The position numbers and the translations under genes are program-made. DNA of 62,308 nt, the filler included, from Piptocephalis cylindrospora (taxonomy: Eukaryota): NCBI GenBank assembly GCA_003614145.1. It is 4 parts of 4 records of this genome, joined end to end, with 100 filler letters (N's around TTAATTAATTAA, not from the genome) between each part and the next. Parts side by side here need not be neighbours in the genome. Positions count along the whole stretch, not along the records: positions 31,224 to 46,721 come from KZ987895.1; positions 46,822 to 62,308 come from KZ987896.1; 2 more parts are not named here. One strand, given 5' to 3'. Numbering within the stretch: position 1 is the stretch's first letter; the number at the start of each line of letters is the position of its first letter. Positions 46,586 through 59,900 of this stretch are shown here, piece by piece. Under the pieces are notes generated by a model that made no database searches, was not told where the DNA came from, and saw only the letters and a program-made list of their open reading frames with translations.

Positions 46586-46721
46586 TCTTGAGGGGGCTTA
46601 CTAATAGATGTGAAGGTATTGAATAAAGGAGGGGTAAAGCAATGGAGGCTGATTGATTGATTGATTAGAAATGATGATAAAGACAACCTATCCAGGCCAT
46701 GTCTAAAGTTGGAATTCATAC

Positions 46722-46821
46722 NNNNNNNNNNNNNNNNNNNNNNNNNNNNNNNNNNNNNNNNNNNNTTAATTAATTAANNNNNNNNNNNNNNNNNNNNNNN
46801 NNNNNNNNNNNNNNNNNNNNN
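46722..46821. other. Artificial contig-join spacer
   Basis: 44 N + TTAATTAATTAA + 44 N. Confidence 0.97.
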
Positions 46822-46822
46822 C

Positions 46823-49312
46823 ATCTCCCTGGCAGATTCCATCTCTCAGGACCAGCTCCTCTATCACCTCACCCTTTCCACCCGTCCTACCGATCTTCTC
46901 ACCCAGGGACTTATCCTAGAATCCAGCTATATTCGTGGTACAGCTCTGGGCCCTAGTCATGGTCAAAGATTAAAGATCCTTGAGGATTCCGCCCATCAGG
47001 GCTGGAGGGTGGGGAAGGCCAAGCTTCTCTCGGATCCCAATCTCATCAATCGAAAGGCCAAGAATGGTATCCTTCATGCCGTCGATAACCTTTTTGATCC
47101 TCCTCCTCTTCTTTCTGATCTCGTTGCTAGTCTTCCCCTGGATCAGGGAGGCGATTTCCCCTTATCCACACCAACCCCTTCCCTCATCCGTCTCTTGTCT
47201 GGTCCCTCGAAGTATGCTAACGTCCTGGACAACATCACTCATCCCCACTCCCTCCTCCTTCCTTCCCCCAAGAATCTTTCCCTCCTCTTCAATGACATTG
47301 AATGGGCCTACCTGGAACATGGTCTCGGGAGAGAGGATGCAGACTCCCTTCTCGGTCATCATCTACTTCCTACGGATATCTACCTGGGCGCTTTGGGCTC
47401 AGGAGAGAACATGACCATGTCCTCCGAAGGAGGCACGTCCCTTAACTTTCATCGCTCCCACAACCAGAGCTCCCTAATCGTGGACGGTCGACCCATTGCC
47501 TCTGTCGATCTCCTTGCTGCCAATGGAGTTCTTCATCTTCTGGATACCCCTCTATACCCTCCCTCCCTCCTTTTCACCCCGGCCAAACTTCTTTATGGCC
47601 TTGGCGCAGATAAGCTGGCTCAATCTCTCCTTAACGCCACAAATTCGAGTGATTTGGTCAAATGGGTCACTGGGAAAAAGGGGCAAGGGTCAAAGATCCT
47701 TTTGGCCCCGGCAGATCGATGGCTCGATCCTGATAATCCCGAGGGAACTCGAGGCCACTGGAATCCAAAAGAAGGTGGGGAAGATTCAGATTGGAGGTTA
47801 ACTGAAGAGCAACTTCGATACAACCTCCTTTCTCCCATCCTCCCTTTCTCCTCAGACAAAGGAATGGCTCTGTTAAGCGGGACAGAGGAGGATGGGACCA
47901 TACTTGTCCCGACCCTTCTCTCCTCCTCACGTACCCTGGGGACGCCTCAGCCTGTTAAGATTATCCTCAAGGCTGGCAGGGTCACCCAAGTTCAAGGAGC
48001 CCTTGGGCCCATTGGTATCGTTGGTAGTCCTGTTCGAGTGAGACCTCGAGCTGGCCTTGATCCTTCTATGCACCTAGATGATGATGAGGGAGAGGAGAAA
48101 GAAGAGGATACCCTTATCCCTGTCAATGGGCTCCTCCCACCCCCACCCCCCCTTCTCCATTGGAATACCGAGGAACATGGGCAGGGAAAAAAGTACATTA
48201 AGGCCGCGCTATCCGCAGGGATGGATGAACTCTTGAATAAGACCGATGGTATCACACTTTTTCTTCCCTCGGATGATGCCTTGACCAGTATTGGAATACC
48301 TACCTTAACCAATGGTCCATCCGACCAATCACTCCTTTTTGACTACCTCACCCTCCCTATGGCCAAGGCAAAAATGTCTTGGGTTACCCGAGCCTTGGTC
48401 GTCCCTAATCGTACTCTTTATACCTACGATTTCCCCTACCGCCATGCTAATGGATCAGGGGCCATGCAACTCCTTGCTCAGTCGGGTGAGACGATCTGGG
48501 TTTCTCGGGGTCCGGAGGGGAAGGAGAGTCGTGGTCTGGAGGTATCCTTGGTTGATCCAACCACACTTTCCCTCCCCTCCTTTAATCAGGTGGAGGATGT
48601 CCCATCGTTGGGTCGGGTCAAGGAAGGGGACATTGCTGTGGAACGAGGGTCTGTCCACGTCATTCATCAACTCCTCCTCCCCCCAACTCTCCCCATCACC
48701 CCAAGGGATCTTCTTCACGGGGCCGGGGCCACCATCTTCCTTGCCGCCTTGGATCATCTGGGTCTTCAGTCGCTCCTCGAGTCCACTTGGCCCATCTACA
48801 CGTTTCTCGCCCCCTCGGACCAGGCTTTCGAGGGAACTAACGTCACTGAGCTCTTCCAAGACACTTGGAAGCTCCGTCGTCTTGTTCTTGGCCATATTCT
48901 CCTAGGAGTCCCCCACTGGGGTGGTGGCGAGATGTCATCTCCCCCTACTACGAAGGAGGATGAAGGTGTCAAACCCGGACGGGAGCTGGAAAGCCTTTTG
49001 GGTAAGGGGAAAGTCCTGAAATTCTCTAAAGATTGGGCGAAAATCGGACTGAAGCGCGGGGCCGAATGGGCTAGGATCCTTCGTCTTGCTCGGTCCCATC
49101 CTTCAGGGATCCAGTCCAAGGAAGGGGCTCACATGGTCCTTAAAGTAGACCGGGTCTTGGACGAGGTTTGGGCCGGTCTTTTCTGGTCTTGGCCCCTCAT
49201 CCTTGGCCTGGTCCTCCTGATCCTCCTGATCCTCGGAGGATCCATTTTTGGAGGCTGGAAGGGCTACAAGATCTATCAAAGACGTCGGGGCTACGATGAG
49301 CTTCGGGTGTAA
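46823..49312 (+). CDS. Multi-FAS1 (fasciclin) domain type I membrane protein, 5' truncated at contig edge
   Basis: FAS1 H1/H2 motifs (QLLYHL, AKNGILHAVD, AANGVLHLLD, TLFLPSDDA, VHVIHQLLLP, YTFLAPSDQAF), C-terminal TM helix and RRRGYDEL tail. Confidence 0.88.
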   Translation: MSLADSISQDQLLYHLTLSTRPTDLLTQGLILESSYIRGTALGPSHGQRLKILEDSAHQGWRVGKAKLLSDPNLINRKAKNGILHAVDNLFDPPPLLSDLVASLPLDQGGDFPLSTPTPSLIRLLSGPSKYANVLDNITHPHSLLLPSPKNLSLLFNDIEWAYLEHGLGREDADSLLGHHLLPTDIYLGALGSGENMTMSSEGGTSLNFHRSHNQSSLIVDGRPIASVDLLAANGVLHLLDTPLYPPSLLFTPAKLLYGLGADKLAQSLLNATNSSDLVKWVTGKKGQGSKILLAPADRWLDPDNPEGTRGHWNPKEGGEDSDWRLTEEQLRYNLLSPILPFSSDKGMALLSGTEEDGTILVPTLLSSSRTLGTPQPVKIILKAGRVTQVQGALGPIGIVGSPVRVRPRAGLDPSMHLDDDEGEEKEEDTLIPVNGLLPPPPPLLHWNTEEHGQGKKYIKAALSAGMDELLNKTDGITLFLPSDDALTSIGIPTLTNGPSDQSLLFDYLTLPMAKAKMSWVTRALVVPNRTLYTYDFPYRHANGSGAMQLLAQSGETIWVSRGPEGKESRGLEVSLVDPTTLSLPSFNQVEDVPSLGRVKEGDIAVERGSVHVIHQLLLPPTLPITPRDLLHGAGATIFLAALDHLGLQSLLESTWPIYTFLAPSDQAFEGTNVTELFQDTWKLRRLVLGHILLGVPHWGGGEMSSPPTTKEDEGVKPGRELESLLGKGKVLKFSKDWAKIGLKRGAEWARILRLARSHPSGIQSKEGAHMVLKVDRVLDEVWAGLFWSWPLILGLVLLILLILGGSIFGGWKGYKIYQRRRGYDELRV

Positions 49313-49805
49313 GGTGCGTTTTTGGCTGCATGTGTATCACCATGGAATATTAGAAGTGAGAAGCGTCTTGAGCATTTCCATATGATTTTTCGCTATTGTT
49401 GCCGCTACCGTTACACGTAAAATGATAGATCATGCTATCTAGAGATTGCCTTTTCCTATCAGGAAGTCTCTTTGAGTCGTAATTATTTTCATGATTTCAG
49501 AATCCGCTCCACTTTTGGTTGCAAATGGATTTCAACTATACATTTTTAAGGAGCTCCAGCCGCGGCTACTGTACACACACACGGTACTGAATGGAAGCAA
49601 GTATGTGAATCTTGGCTGGGCCTCTGCAAGCATGAGTCAGAGGACCAGCGCAATGGGGCTTGGATCAGAACCAAGTCAGGGGAGGACGGGCACACACACA
49701 CTGACCGAGCGGAGCCAGCGATTTCAATGGTTGACTGGGGAAGAGGAGAGAAATGCTGGCATTGTTGTTGCTTTCCTTCCTCTTTCTTTCCTCCTCACTT
49801 CCAGC

Positions 49806-52800
49806 ATGCATTCGTCCTCTTCCACCACCCAAAATGGAAGTATTATGAATTGGTTAAGAAAGGAAGCCATCCTTGATGGTGACCTAGAGGATTCCTCTAA
49901 CTTGCAGGATGAGGACGAAAGGTCATCGAATCAAATTGACCTTAGCACCCACTCCCAAACTCCTACGGACTCTGGATCCAGAGTAAACAGCGTTGAAACC
50001 GTCTCCTCTCCCTCATCTCAAATAGAATACTCCTCCTCCTCCTCCAATGCGCCTAGGAGGAGGAAGCGCCGGTTGGTCCAGAGGGACGATTCGGATGACG
50101 ACATTCTCCCATCCTTCGGCTCTAGCCTTGACCAGTACATAAAGGGGGGAGGGGAGCCTGAATCTGGATGGAATGCACCTCACCAACTCCCATCCTCGGT
50201 GGAACTGGACCCTGGATACTCTGGCCCCTTGGTCTCCCTCCTATCCAGCAGTACGACTCCACAATGCGAATCTCCCGGGTCAGGGAGTTTCCCGTCCAGA
50301 CCATCCAAGAAGGGAAAACGAACATTACAAGCCCGAAGCGGGCATGAGTCGTCGGATCTATCGGATTTAGGGGACAATGTTCAGCTCAGTTCCGGGGAGG
50401 AGGCTGAAGAGGGAGAGTTATCCTCAGACAATGAGGATGACACGGATCCGCGGGTGTTACGGCTTTTAGAGTTCTTTAATACTTCCTCACCCTCGGCCTT
50501 CCAGGATGCCACGGGATGCTCAGAGACTCAAGCAGCGACGGTGGTAGGAATGCGGCCTTTTGCCTATGGCATTGCCGATCTACGACTTCGATTGCGTAAG
50601 ACCAAGGGCGTATCTCCCTCCCTCATCCGGCGGTATTTTGAGACACGTCGAGGGTTTGGTGCGGTAGATGCGTTGATATCAGCCGTGGAAACTCTGGGCC
50701 AGCGTATCGTTTTATCTGGATCTTCTGGATCAAATCAGGAGGATGGGAAAGGGGAGGGGGAGGAGGAGAATATGAATCTGGGCGAGGGAATCCAGCTCAA
50801 AGAGTACCAGAAGCGAGGGATCCGCTGGATGAAGACACTGTATGATCAGGATGTTGGAGGGGGAATTCTTGCGGATGAGATGGGGCTTGGTAAAACCGCA
50901 CAAGTCATTGCCTTCATCTCTACTCTCCTTATCCGGGACCCGGGGGCTCGACCTCATCTTATTGTCGTGCCCACCTCCACAGTTGGGAACTGGGAGAGGG
51001 AGTTTACCAAGTTTTGCCCGTCCCTTTCTGTCCTTGTTTATCATGGTATGCGATTTCGGAGTGGGGATGAGGAAGATCTGTGTCTAGTAACCGCCCTCTC
51101 CCCTTTCCACATTAGGATCACAAGGGGAAAGAGCAGAAATCAGGGATCATCTTCATTACCAGGGCCATCCGTATGATGTTCTTCTTACCACGTATCCCAC
51201 TGCCACGGGGTCTGCGGAAGACCGGTCTTTTCTAAAGAAACGACGGTTCAAGTGCATCATCTTGGATGAGGGGCATATGATGAAGAATTTTCTATCTATT
51301 CGCTACAAGTCCTTAATGGCGTACAAGGTAAGGAGAGTGAGGGAAGGGGGGGACTTGAATCGGGTTGTAAGCCTAACAATACTATTCATTTTGGTCAGGG
51401 GAACTTTCGTCTTTTATTGACAGGGACACCGCTGCAGAATAATCTGCAGGAATTGTGCGCCTTGTTGGCCTTTGTAGTGCCTTCGGTATTTGGACGGGCC
51501 AAAGAGAGCCTCATCAAGGCCTTTCGTGGGAGAGTGGACTTGACGGTCAAATCAGGGTCCGGGAGTAGCACCAAAGGGGTTGGGATCCTGTCCCAGGAAA
51601 GAATTGACCGGGCCAAGCGAATGATGGCTCCCTTTGTCCTTCGTCGTCGGAAATGCCAGGTCTTACAGGAGTTGCCAGTCAAGACTGTCGAGGTGCGAAA
51701 GTGCATCATGTCCTCCCACCAGGCTCAAGTGTACGAAGAGGTAAAGGAGACTTCGGTGGTGAAGTTATGGGAAGAAGGAATGGGTATAGAAAAGAGTAAG
51801 GAGGAGAGCGAAGAAGAGAAAGAAAAGGCCAAGGAGGATAAGGTGAGAACTAAAGTACCCAACGTGCTGATGGAATTGCGAAAGGCAGCCTGTCATCCCT
51901 TGCTCCTACGGTCGATTTATGATGATGCACGGATTGAACAGATGGCTCGGGAGATCCTTCGGGAGGATGACTTTACCCATTCAGAGTACCCCTATGTCCT
52001 GGAGGACATGGAGGCGATGTCTGATTTTCAGCTGCACCAACTATGCTGTCGGTACCGGTCTATTCAACCCTTTAAACTCCTTGAGAGGGACTGGATGTCC
52101 TCGGCTAAGGTGACGGCACTGCGGGAACTTCTGGTGAAGGATACCGAGGATCGATTCCTCCTCTTTAGCCAATTTACGATGATGTTGGATATCCTGGAGA
52201 ATGTGATGAAGTCTCTGGATGTTCCTTACCTCCGGATGGATGGACAGACCAAGTCGACGGACCGAACGGGGCTGATTGACCAGTTCAATGCTTCCGACTC
52301 CCCTTACCAGGTCTTTCTCCTCTCTACCAAGGCTGGAGGGTTTGGGATCAACTTGACCTCAGCGAACACGGTCATTCTCCATGATATGGATTTTAATCCT
52401 CATAATGACCGACAAGCTGAGGATCGAGCCCATCGTAAGTAACTTGAGCGAGGAAGGGATGTAAGAGGACGCATTTTTTCTAATCATCTGTTAATCACGA
52501 TGATGCTATCATCAACAGGTGTGGGTCAAATAAGGCCAGTCAAGGTGGTGAAGCTCGTGAGCCAAGGAACCATTGAAGAGGATATTTACACGATGGCCGA
52601 GGCCAAGTTGAGATTGGATCGTCACGTGAGCTCCGAAGTGAATGACGATGGTAGGGCAGGCGGAGGGGAGGAAAGTGATGGGAGTACGGATGATGGGGGA
52701 GGGGGGGATGAGGGAGAGAGCGGAGAGGAAGGGAGAGACGGGGATGAAGAGGTGGTATCCACCAAGACCCTTTCCTTTTTGAAGCAAGCTCTCCTCCGAA

Positions 52801-52823
52801 ACACTGGAGGAGGAGATAAGTGA
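49806..52823 (+). CDS. FUN30: SNF2-family chromatin remodeller Fun30/SMARCAD1; exons 49806-51045, 51116-51327, 51399-52434, 52519-52823
   Basis: GILADEMGLGKT, LDEGH, LTGTPLQNNLQEL, APFVLRRRKCQVL, ELRKAACHPLLLR, MSDFQLHQLC, LSTKAGGFGINL, FNPHNDRQAEDRAHRVGQ. Confidence 0.9.
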
Positions 52824-54494
52824 GTAGCAGTGGAGAAAGCTGGACCGGTTTTCTTTACTTTCTCCGATGATTTAGGATGGGGGAGGATGAATAGATGGGG
52901 ACACTGGTTTTTTTTGACACTGACTGGGGCAAGAAAGGAAGGGACGTGTTGGTGGGAGATTGGAAACCATCCCCAAAGGGTCAGGTCAGGGATGCGCTAC
53001 CATCCACAGGACAGGGGGAAGGGGGCCTCACCTCGTGGCGAAGATCAGGGTCTAAGGATGTACGGGGGACAGGGACGCGCGTTAACTCCGATCAGCCAAG
53101 GATTGGTGTGTGTATGGAGATGGGCTGTTATATCCGGCTTGGTGGGTGAGCGAGAGAGAAAAGATGGCCTTGTTGAATAAGAAGGGGGTGTGGTGCAGGG
53201 GATAATGTTTGTTGGTTAAGTGAGGACCCGATCCTTTTCAGTTTTCCCTCTTCCTTAATCAAGCAAACTTTCTTGAGTTGAAGGAAGGATTCCCTTGCAT
53301 TCCTTGTGTCTATAAGGAGGCGCGGGGGTAATACTCTGCATGTAACTCCTCCCTTCCCCTTCGGACCAAACCCCCTTGCCCATCCTTTTCTTATCTTCAG
53401 GTCGAGCCCGCTTCAATAGCCCTCCCTTGGTTATCTTTTCAGTTCGCCGTAACTCGGGAAAAGGTCATCTCTAGAGCATAGTCAAATTTCCTGACTCTTT
53501 CAATCAAAATCCCTGATTCTCTCAGTTCAATCCCCGCATTCTGATAAGGATAAGCGATACATGAGTGTATGAAGGTGTCGGGGTTTAGATGACTTGCTAT
53601 TTTCCCCTTTGCCCTCTCCCATTGATATAAGAAACAGCCTTTCAGGCAGAGATATAGATAGAAGATGCAAGGGTACATGTGTGAGATAGTCAATCTAGGT
53701 TTTCTTTTGTCCCTGTAAAATAAATCATTGAGGAACCACCCCAATTTCTTATCAGCAAGGAAAGGACGACGACGACGACCAGTACAGTATGTGACGGATC
53801 TGCCCAGCAGCAGCTCCTATCCCTGAGTGCCCCACATCACAGTGTGACCCCTCCCTTTCTGTGCCGTCCTGCTGCCACATCCTCACTGTGAGGCACACAC
53901 CATCCCTCCCCAAAAATGGTCTACCCGCCCCACACACCGCACACACGGCAAACTCAGACCTGCCCAGTCACCCTTTTCACACCATGCCGACAGTGCAGCG
54001 GATCAAGGCAGCAGTGTGGGTGAAGGGGAGAGGGCCCAATGCTCCGAGCGTTTCTAGTGTGTCAAGGCCCGCGCGTGGATAAGAGAGCGTGAGTGAGGAC
54101 ATCGCGCGAGGTGCCTTGGGAAGGAAAGGGGAGCTTGAGTAGGGGGGTAAGGGATTGGGGTGAGGAATAGACACACACATACTTGGACACACACCCACTC
54201 AACCCTTTCCTCCCCTCCACACACCACACGGTTACCGTCGAGGCGCGTCGACCTTTCCCTGCAGGAACGGGGTGGATGATAAGGGTGAGTGGGGGATTCG
54301 CGAGGGAGAATCCATCTCCCTCTTCACTCTTTTCTCTTCCCCTCTCTCCCCCCCCTTTTCCTCCCTGTTCCCCCATCTCATCTTAACTGGGAACCTCACA
54401 CTGTTGTCCACACTGTGCCCTATCTCTTCTTTTCCACTTACCGTTGTTTGTCGTCGCGTTATCTCCACCCCCCTCCTCCCACTTCCCTTTCAGC

Positions 54495-56686
54495 ATGTCC
54501 CAGTCTCCCACGGAACCACCCACTCAACGGGATATCCATAAGCCATTGCTTTTCGAGTGTGCTTGGGAGGTGGCCAACAAAGGTAAGGGCCTCTTGGTAA
54601 TCCTTGCCCATCTTAATACTCTTCTCTCACATACTTCTGTCTCTCTCCTCTCATAGTCGGCGGAATTTACACCGTTATCAAGACCAAGGCCCCGGTCACG
54701 GCACAGGAGTTTGGCGACCGATTTTGCCTCATTGGTCCCTTGAACCAGGCAAAGGCCCCTCTGGAGGTCGAATCACTCATCCCCAAGGACCCCGCCATGG
54801 CAAAGACCCTGGATTCCATGGAGAAGGCTGGTGTCCGGTACCTGTATGGCCGATGGCTCATCGAGGGGGCCCCCACCGTCCTGCTCTTCGATATTGGCTG
54901 CCAGTGGCACCGACTAGGCGAATGGAAGGCCGATTTATGGTCCCTCACCAACATCCCCGGCCCTGATCATGACCGGGAACAGAATGACGCAATCGTTTTT
55001 GGTTACATCGTCGCATGGTTCCTCGGGGAGTACATGGCCCAGCAACCCAACAAGGCCATTATCGCCCACTTTCATGAATGGCAAGCCGGTGTCGGCCTCA
55101 TTCTCGCCCGCAAGCGCAAGATGGACCTTGCCACCATCTTCACCACCCACGCCACCCTCCTTGGTCGTTATCTCTGCGCTGGTGATACCGATTTTTATAA
55201 CAATCTCCGCTTCTTCGACTTGGATGCCGAGGCCGGTAAACGTGGAATCTATCATCGGTATTGTCTGGAACGTTCCGCTGCCCATTGTGCCCATGTCTTC
55301 ACCACAGTCTCCCATATCACTGCCTACGAGTCTGAGCATCTTCTCAAGCGTAAGCCCGATGGCGTCCTGCCTAACGGACTCAATGTCGTCAAGTTTAGCG
55401 CCGTCCACGAGTTCCAGAACCTGCATGCTGTTTCCAAGGAACGTATTCATGATTTTGTCCGCGGTCACTTCTACGGTCATTACGATTTTGACCTCGACAA
55501 TACCCTATACTTCTTCACTGCCGGTCGCTACGAGTTCCGTAACAAAGGAGTTGACATGCTCCTCGAGGCCCTTGCCCGTCTTAACGCCAAGCTCCAGCAG
55601 CGTGGTTCCCCCATCACCGTCGTTTCCTTTATCATCATGCCCGCCCCCAATCATTCTTACTCTGTGGAGACCCTTAAGGGCCAGGCTGTTGTCAAGCAGT
55701 TACGCGAGACCGTTGATTCCATCCAGGCAAACGTTGGAAAGCGCATGTTCGAAAGTGCCCTCAAGGGCAAGGAACCCCCCTCCCGTGCCTCTGATCTCCT
55801 GACTGAACAGGAGAAGGTCCTCATGAAGCGTCGTATTTACTCTCTCAAGCGGGGTGCCTATCCTTCTGTCGTTACACACAACATGGTCAATGACTCGGAT
55901 GACCTAGTACTCTCCCGTCTCCGCGAGATCCGTCTGTATAACCAGCCCTCGGATCGTGTCAAAGTCATTTTCCATCCCGAGTTCATTAACGCCTCTAACC
56001 CTGTCCTTGGACTGGATTATGATGAGTTTGTCCGTGGGTGTCATCTTGGCGTCTTCCCCTCCTACTACGAGCCATGGGGCTACACTCCGGCCGAGTGCAC
56101 AGTCATGGGTGTCCCTTCCGTCACCACCAACCTCTCCGGCTTTGGCTGTTACATGGAAGACAACATTGAATCTCCCGCCGACTATGGTATCTACATCGTC
56201 GATCGTCGTCTCAAATCCGGTGAAGAGAGTATCGAACAGCTTGCCGATCAAATGCTTTCTTTCTGCCTAAAGTCCCGTAGGCAGCGTATTAATCAGCGTA
56301 ACCGTACCGAACGTCTCTCCGACCTCCTTGACTGGAAGCGTATGGGTCTCGAGTACATCAAGGCTCGTCGACTCGCCCTTCGTCGTGCCTACCCCGATGC
56401 CTACGCTGCTGCCATGGAGGCTGGCGATGATGCCCTCCTAGGCATCATCCCCTCATCCTCCACCACCCATACTCCTCCCACTTCCTCCAAGAAGGTCCCT
56501 CGCCCCATCAGTGTCCCTGGGTCTCCTAGGCACAAGGGGACTGATGATCCTTTGGCCTACCAATTGGAGCAGCTCGGCTTTGGACCTTCCTCTGCGTCTA
56601 ACGAGGATGCCGATGACATGCGCTTTGATGCCATCTCCCTCAAGTCCGGTGGCGTCCTTACCCCCAAGGACCTGGAGGATGAGTAG
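54495..56686 (+). CDS. GSY1: Glycogen synthase (GT3); exons 54495-54582, 54657-56686
   Basis: [78 protein letters not shown] regulatory site. Confidence 0.96.
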
Positions 56687-56933
56687 TACAAATCTGTCAT
56701 TCCGTTCATTTGGTATCATGGATGAGGGTTTGGAACAATAGATCCAGGCTTCTTTTTGATCAGTGTTGTTATTTCAATCGTGAATAATAAGGGGTTAAGA
56801 AAAATGAAAAGTACGCCTTTCTCCACACTTTATTTCTATCGATACTCTTTTCCCGCCTCATCCGCATTTGGCGTCTATTCTATCGACTCTCTTTTTCATC
56901 TTCATCGTGCTATTTACTCCGTCACCTCGATAA

Positions 56934-59900
56934 TTACTTGGCGCTTTCCCCGAGTAAACGGACAATAAATGTCGTCACTGGACTGGTCTCGATGGGGTAG
57001 GTTGGATCCGACATCTTTAATCCAAGGAGCTGATCCAACAGTAATCGAATCTCATTCATCAACACTAGTTCATAATGAAGAAAAGGTTAGTTCTCTCTTG
57101 CCTCTCCCCCCTCCCCTTAGAAAGCTCACCTCCAATCCGAGCCCATGCATATAGATGAATATCCTCCCCAATCGAAAGGGTCTGTCGGGTATGATCCACT
57201 CGGATGCACCCGCCGCCACTCCCACCAAATAATAGGAGAGCATAGAGGGAGGCAATGGTCCCGTCATGCACGAACGTCTTGTCCGACAAGGCCATCTGGG
57301 AAAAGTACGCTACAAAAGGGGGATCGTATCGTGTGCAAGCAAAGAGCATTGAGGAGGGATGGAGGAAGACTCGACCAGGTGGGGCGGGGGAAGTCTTTCG
57401 ACGGATGGGGAACATTCGGTGCTCCTTTGCCACCTTTTCCCGCTCCACCGTCCCGGACATGACCCGATCATACTTTTGCTTCGGGACTCGCACCTTCAAT
57501 ATATGCGGATACAGACCTGCCACAATAATGGCGCGGAGGAGATGAACATTATCCGCATTTGCATCGGCTTCCTTTACATTACTCGGGTCTTGGATGAAGG
57601 AAAGGGACAAAAGGGCATCCCGGAGTTGTCGTCGTGTCGTCTCCATCTCCTGCAGGACGTGGTAAGAGAGGAAATTCTATACTTGCGCCAAAGTGTTCGG
57701 GAGTGGGGATGTGGTTGATGTGAGATGTGTGGTCAAGAGTATCCAATACAATCTAACTTACCTCCTCGCAAAACCTCCGGCGATCCCGACGGCTACACTC
57801 ATTCCACTGTGTAAAGGCCATAAGATCCGTCAATAAGTCCGACTGCCCTGTTTCAAATGCCTTCCTCGCCGCCTTGGCCTCTTCCCTCTTCTCCATCGGA
57901 CTGATAAAGGGCGATTTTCCGGATAGTCGGGCCACAATCGTCAGAATAGGAGATACACACCGGAAGAGAGCGCCATAAATGAGCATCTTGCCCAATCGAA
58001 AGTCTACAGGAAGGAAAGTCATGTGCTTCCCAAGACTGGTCAGATGCGTCGCCTCATCCAAAACACCCGCCTCTTCCAGCATCATCATCGCCGCCTCCAC
58101 TGCCGATACGTTGGGTGTATCAAGGGCCTCCTGGAGGAAAGAGCTCACATCTGTCACCCCAAGCCCCTTAATCTGAAGGCACACTTGGGCCAGAGGCATC
58201 CGAAGGATCTCGGGAGGAGTGGCTTGAGGCATCCTGCGGCCCTCTGTGTGTCGCGTGTACACCTTATAACACACCCCAGGGCGGGTACGACCAGCACGAC
58301 CCTGCCGTTGACGTGTCGAGGCCCGGGAGGTCCATGTCTCAACCAGACGCATCATCTCACACCGCTCGTCAATCTGTGTCTCCTTTACCTTCCCCGTATC
58401 CACCACATATACGATACCATCAATTGTAATACTTGTCTCCGCCACATTCGTCGCCACGATTACCTTTCGACCTGCCTTGGGCGGAGCTGGGGAAAACACC
58501 CGTGATTGCTCCTGCGTACTCAGGTTGGCATGGAGCGGCATGACGTATGCCCCCGTGGATGCGAGTGCATCAATGCATCTGCGGATCTCCGGCACACCTG
58601 AATAGGAAAGCATGAGCTGGTACTGCCTGTGTAGTATTCGTGGCAAAATAAAAACTTACCAGGCATAAAGATCAGCACTGCTCCAGAGGGATTTGGATCT
58701 TCCCGGTCAATATGTCGGACCACTTCGGCGATCAGGCCATAGTCGATGCCTCCTTCATCTACAGATGACATACACGCAATTGCTGGGTCGCTGAACCCTT
58801 GATGACGATATCTTTCTGCCTGGGCCTTGACCTCTTTAGTCTTAGACGAGGAGGAGGAGGAGGAGGAATACCGAGAGGGCCGGTCCAGGTTAGAAAGGTT
58901 GATATCCCGAATAAAATCCTCCAGGTAGATTTGCTGAACGGGGTGGGTAAGACCTGGGATATTAATCACAGGTACATGGAAAGGAAAGTACGCGGCAAAA
59001 GCCTGAGCATTAGCTGTGGCCGACATGAGCACTAAATGGAGATTTTCAGGCCGACGCTTCAGGAGTCTCTTGAGCAATATAAGGAGAAGATCACTATCCA
59101 CGGACCGTTCATGCACCTCATCGATGATGATATGAGTTACCCCTTGGAGCATCGGGTCCGACTGGAGGCGACGAAGAAGGATACCTGTTGTACAAAAGAG
59201 AATCTGGGTTCCTCGACTCTGCCGATTCTGCCCACGTACCGCATATCCCACCTGGTCACCCACTCTTTCCACTCGTTCAGCCGCTACACGTTCCGCTACC
59301 CCAATGGCACTGAGACGTCGAGGTTGCGTACAGATGATATTGGTGAGGTTTCCCTTGGTGGCCAGAATGGCCGCGTCTAGAAGGAATTGGGGAACTTGCG
59401 TCGTCTTACCACAGCCTGTCTCTCCACAAATAATACTAACAGAGTGGCTATTCACTATCCGGACCACCTCCTCGGCGCTTTTGAAAGATGGTAATTTTTC
59501 GCGGATATGTTGCATCTTGATCCATCCAGGATCCTGGGCCTTTTCCCTAGCCCGTCTCTTGAGATCTTCAAGTCGCACCACCGGCCCTTGATTGTTTCCA
59601 GAGCCTCGGGAGCTCCTTTCACGATTTCCCCTGTCACCTTTGCCCTTTCCATCCGACGAAGAGCCCTCCTCGCCCGTCGTTGCCGTGGCATCTGCCGGAG
59701 TTTCCAGGAGCGGGGGAGGATCACGGATCAAGGAAGGAAGATGCTCTTGAACCCAGCACACGAGGTCAAAGGTCTTGGGTTCTCCTAGGGCTAATTGATC
59801 TTGAGCATGGAGAGAGAGTCGTCGAATTGTCGCAAGACGAATGTACGTTGGGATTGCCGGGTGGACCAGGATAATAGCAGGTAGGGAGTATGGATAGGTG

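Noticed and set aside
49491..49805. N-terminal extension of the FUN30 ORF
   Set aside because: Looks like promoter and pyrimidine-rich leader. ATG 49806 (or 49845) is the more plausible start.
33827..52823. NRDE2, Tc1 and FUN30 as a genome-defence cluster
   Set aside because: FUN30 is on a different contig, and a single adjacency of NRDE2 and Tc1 is not evidence of a system.
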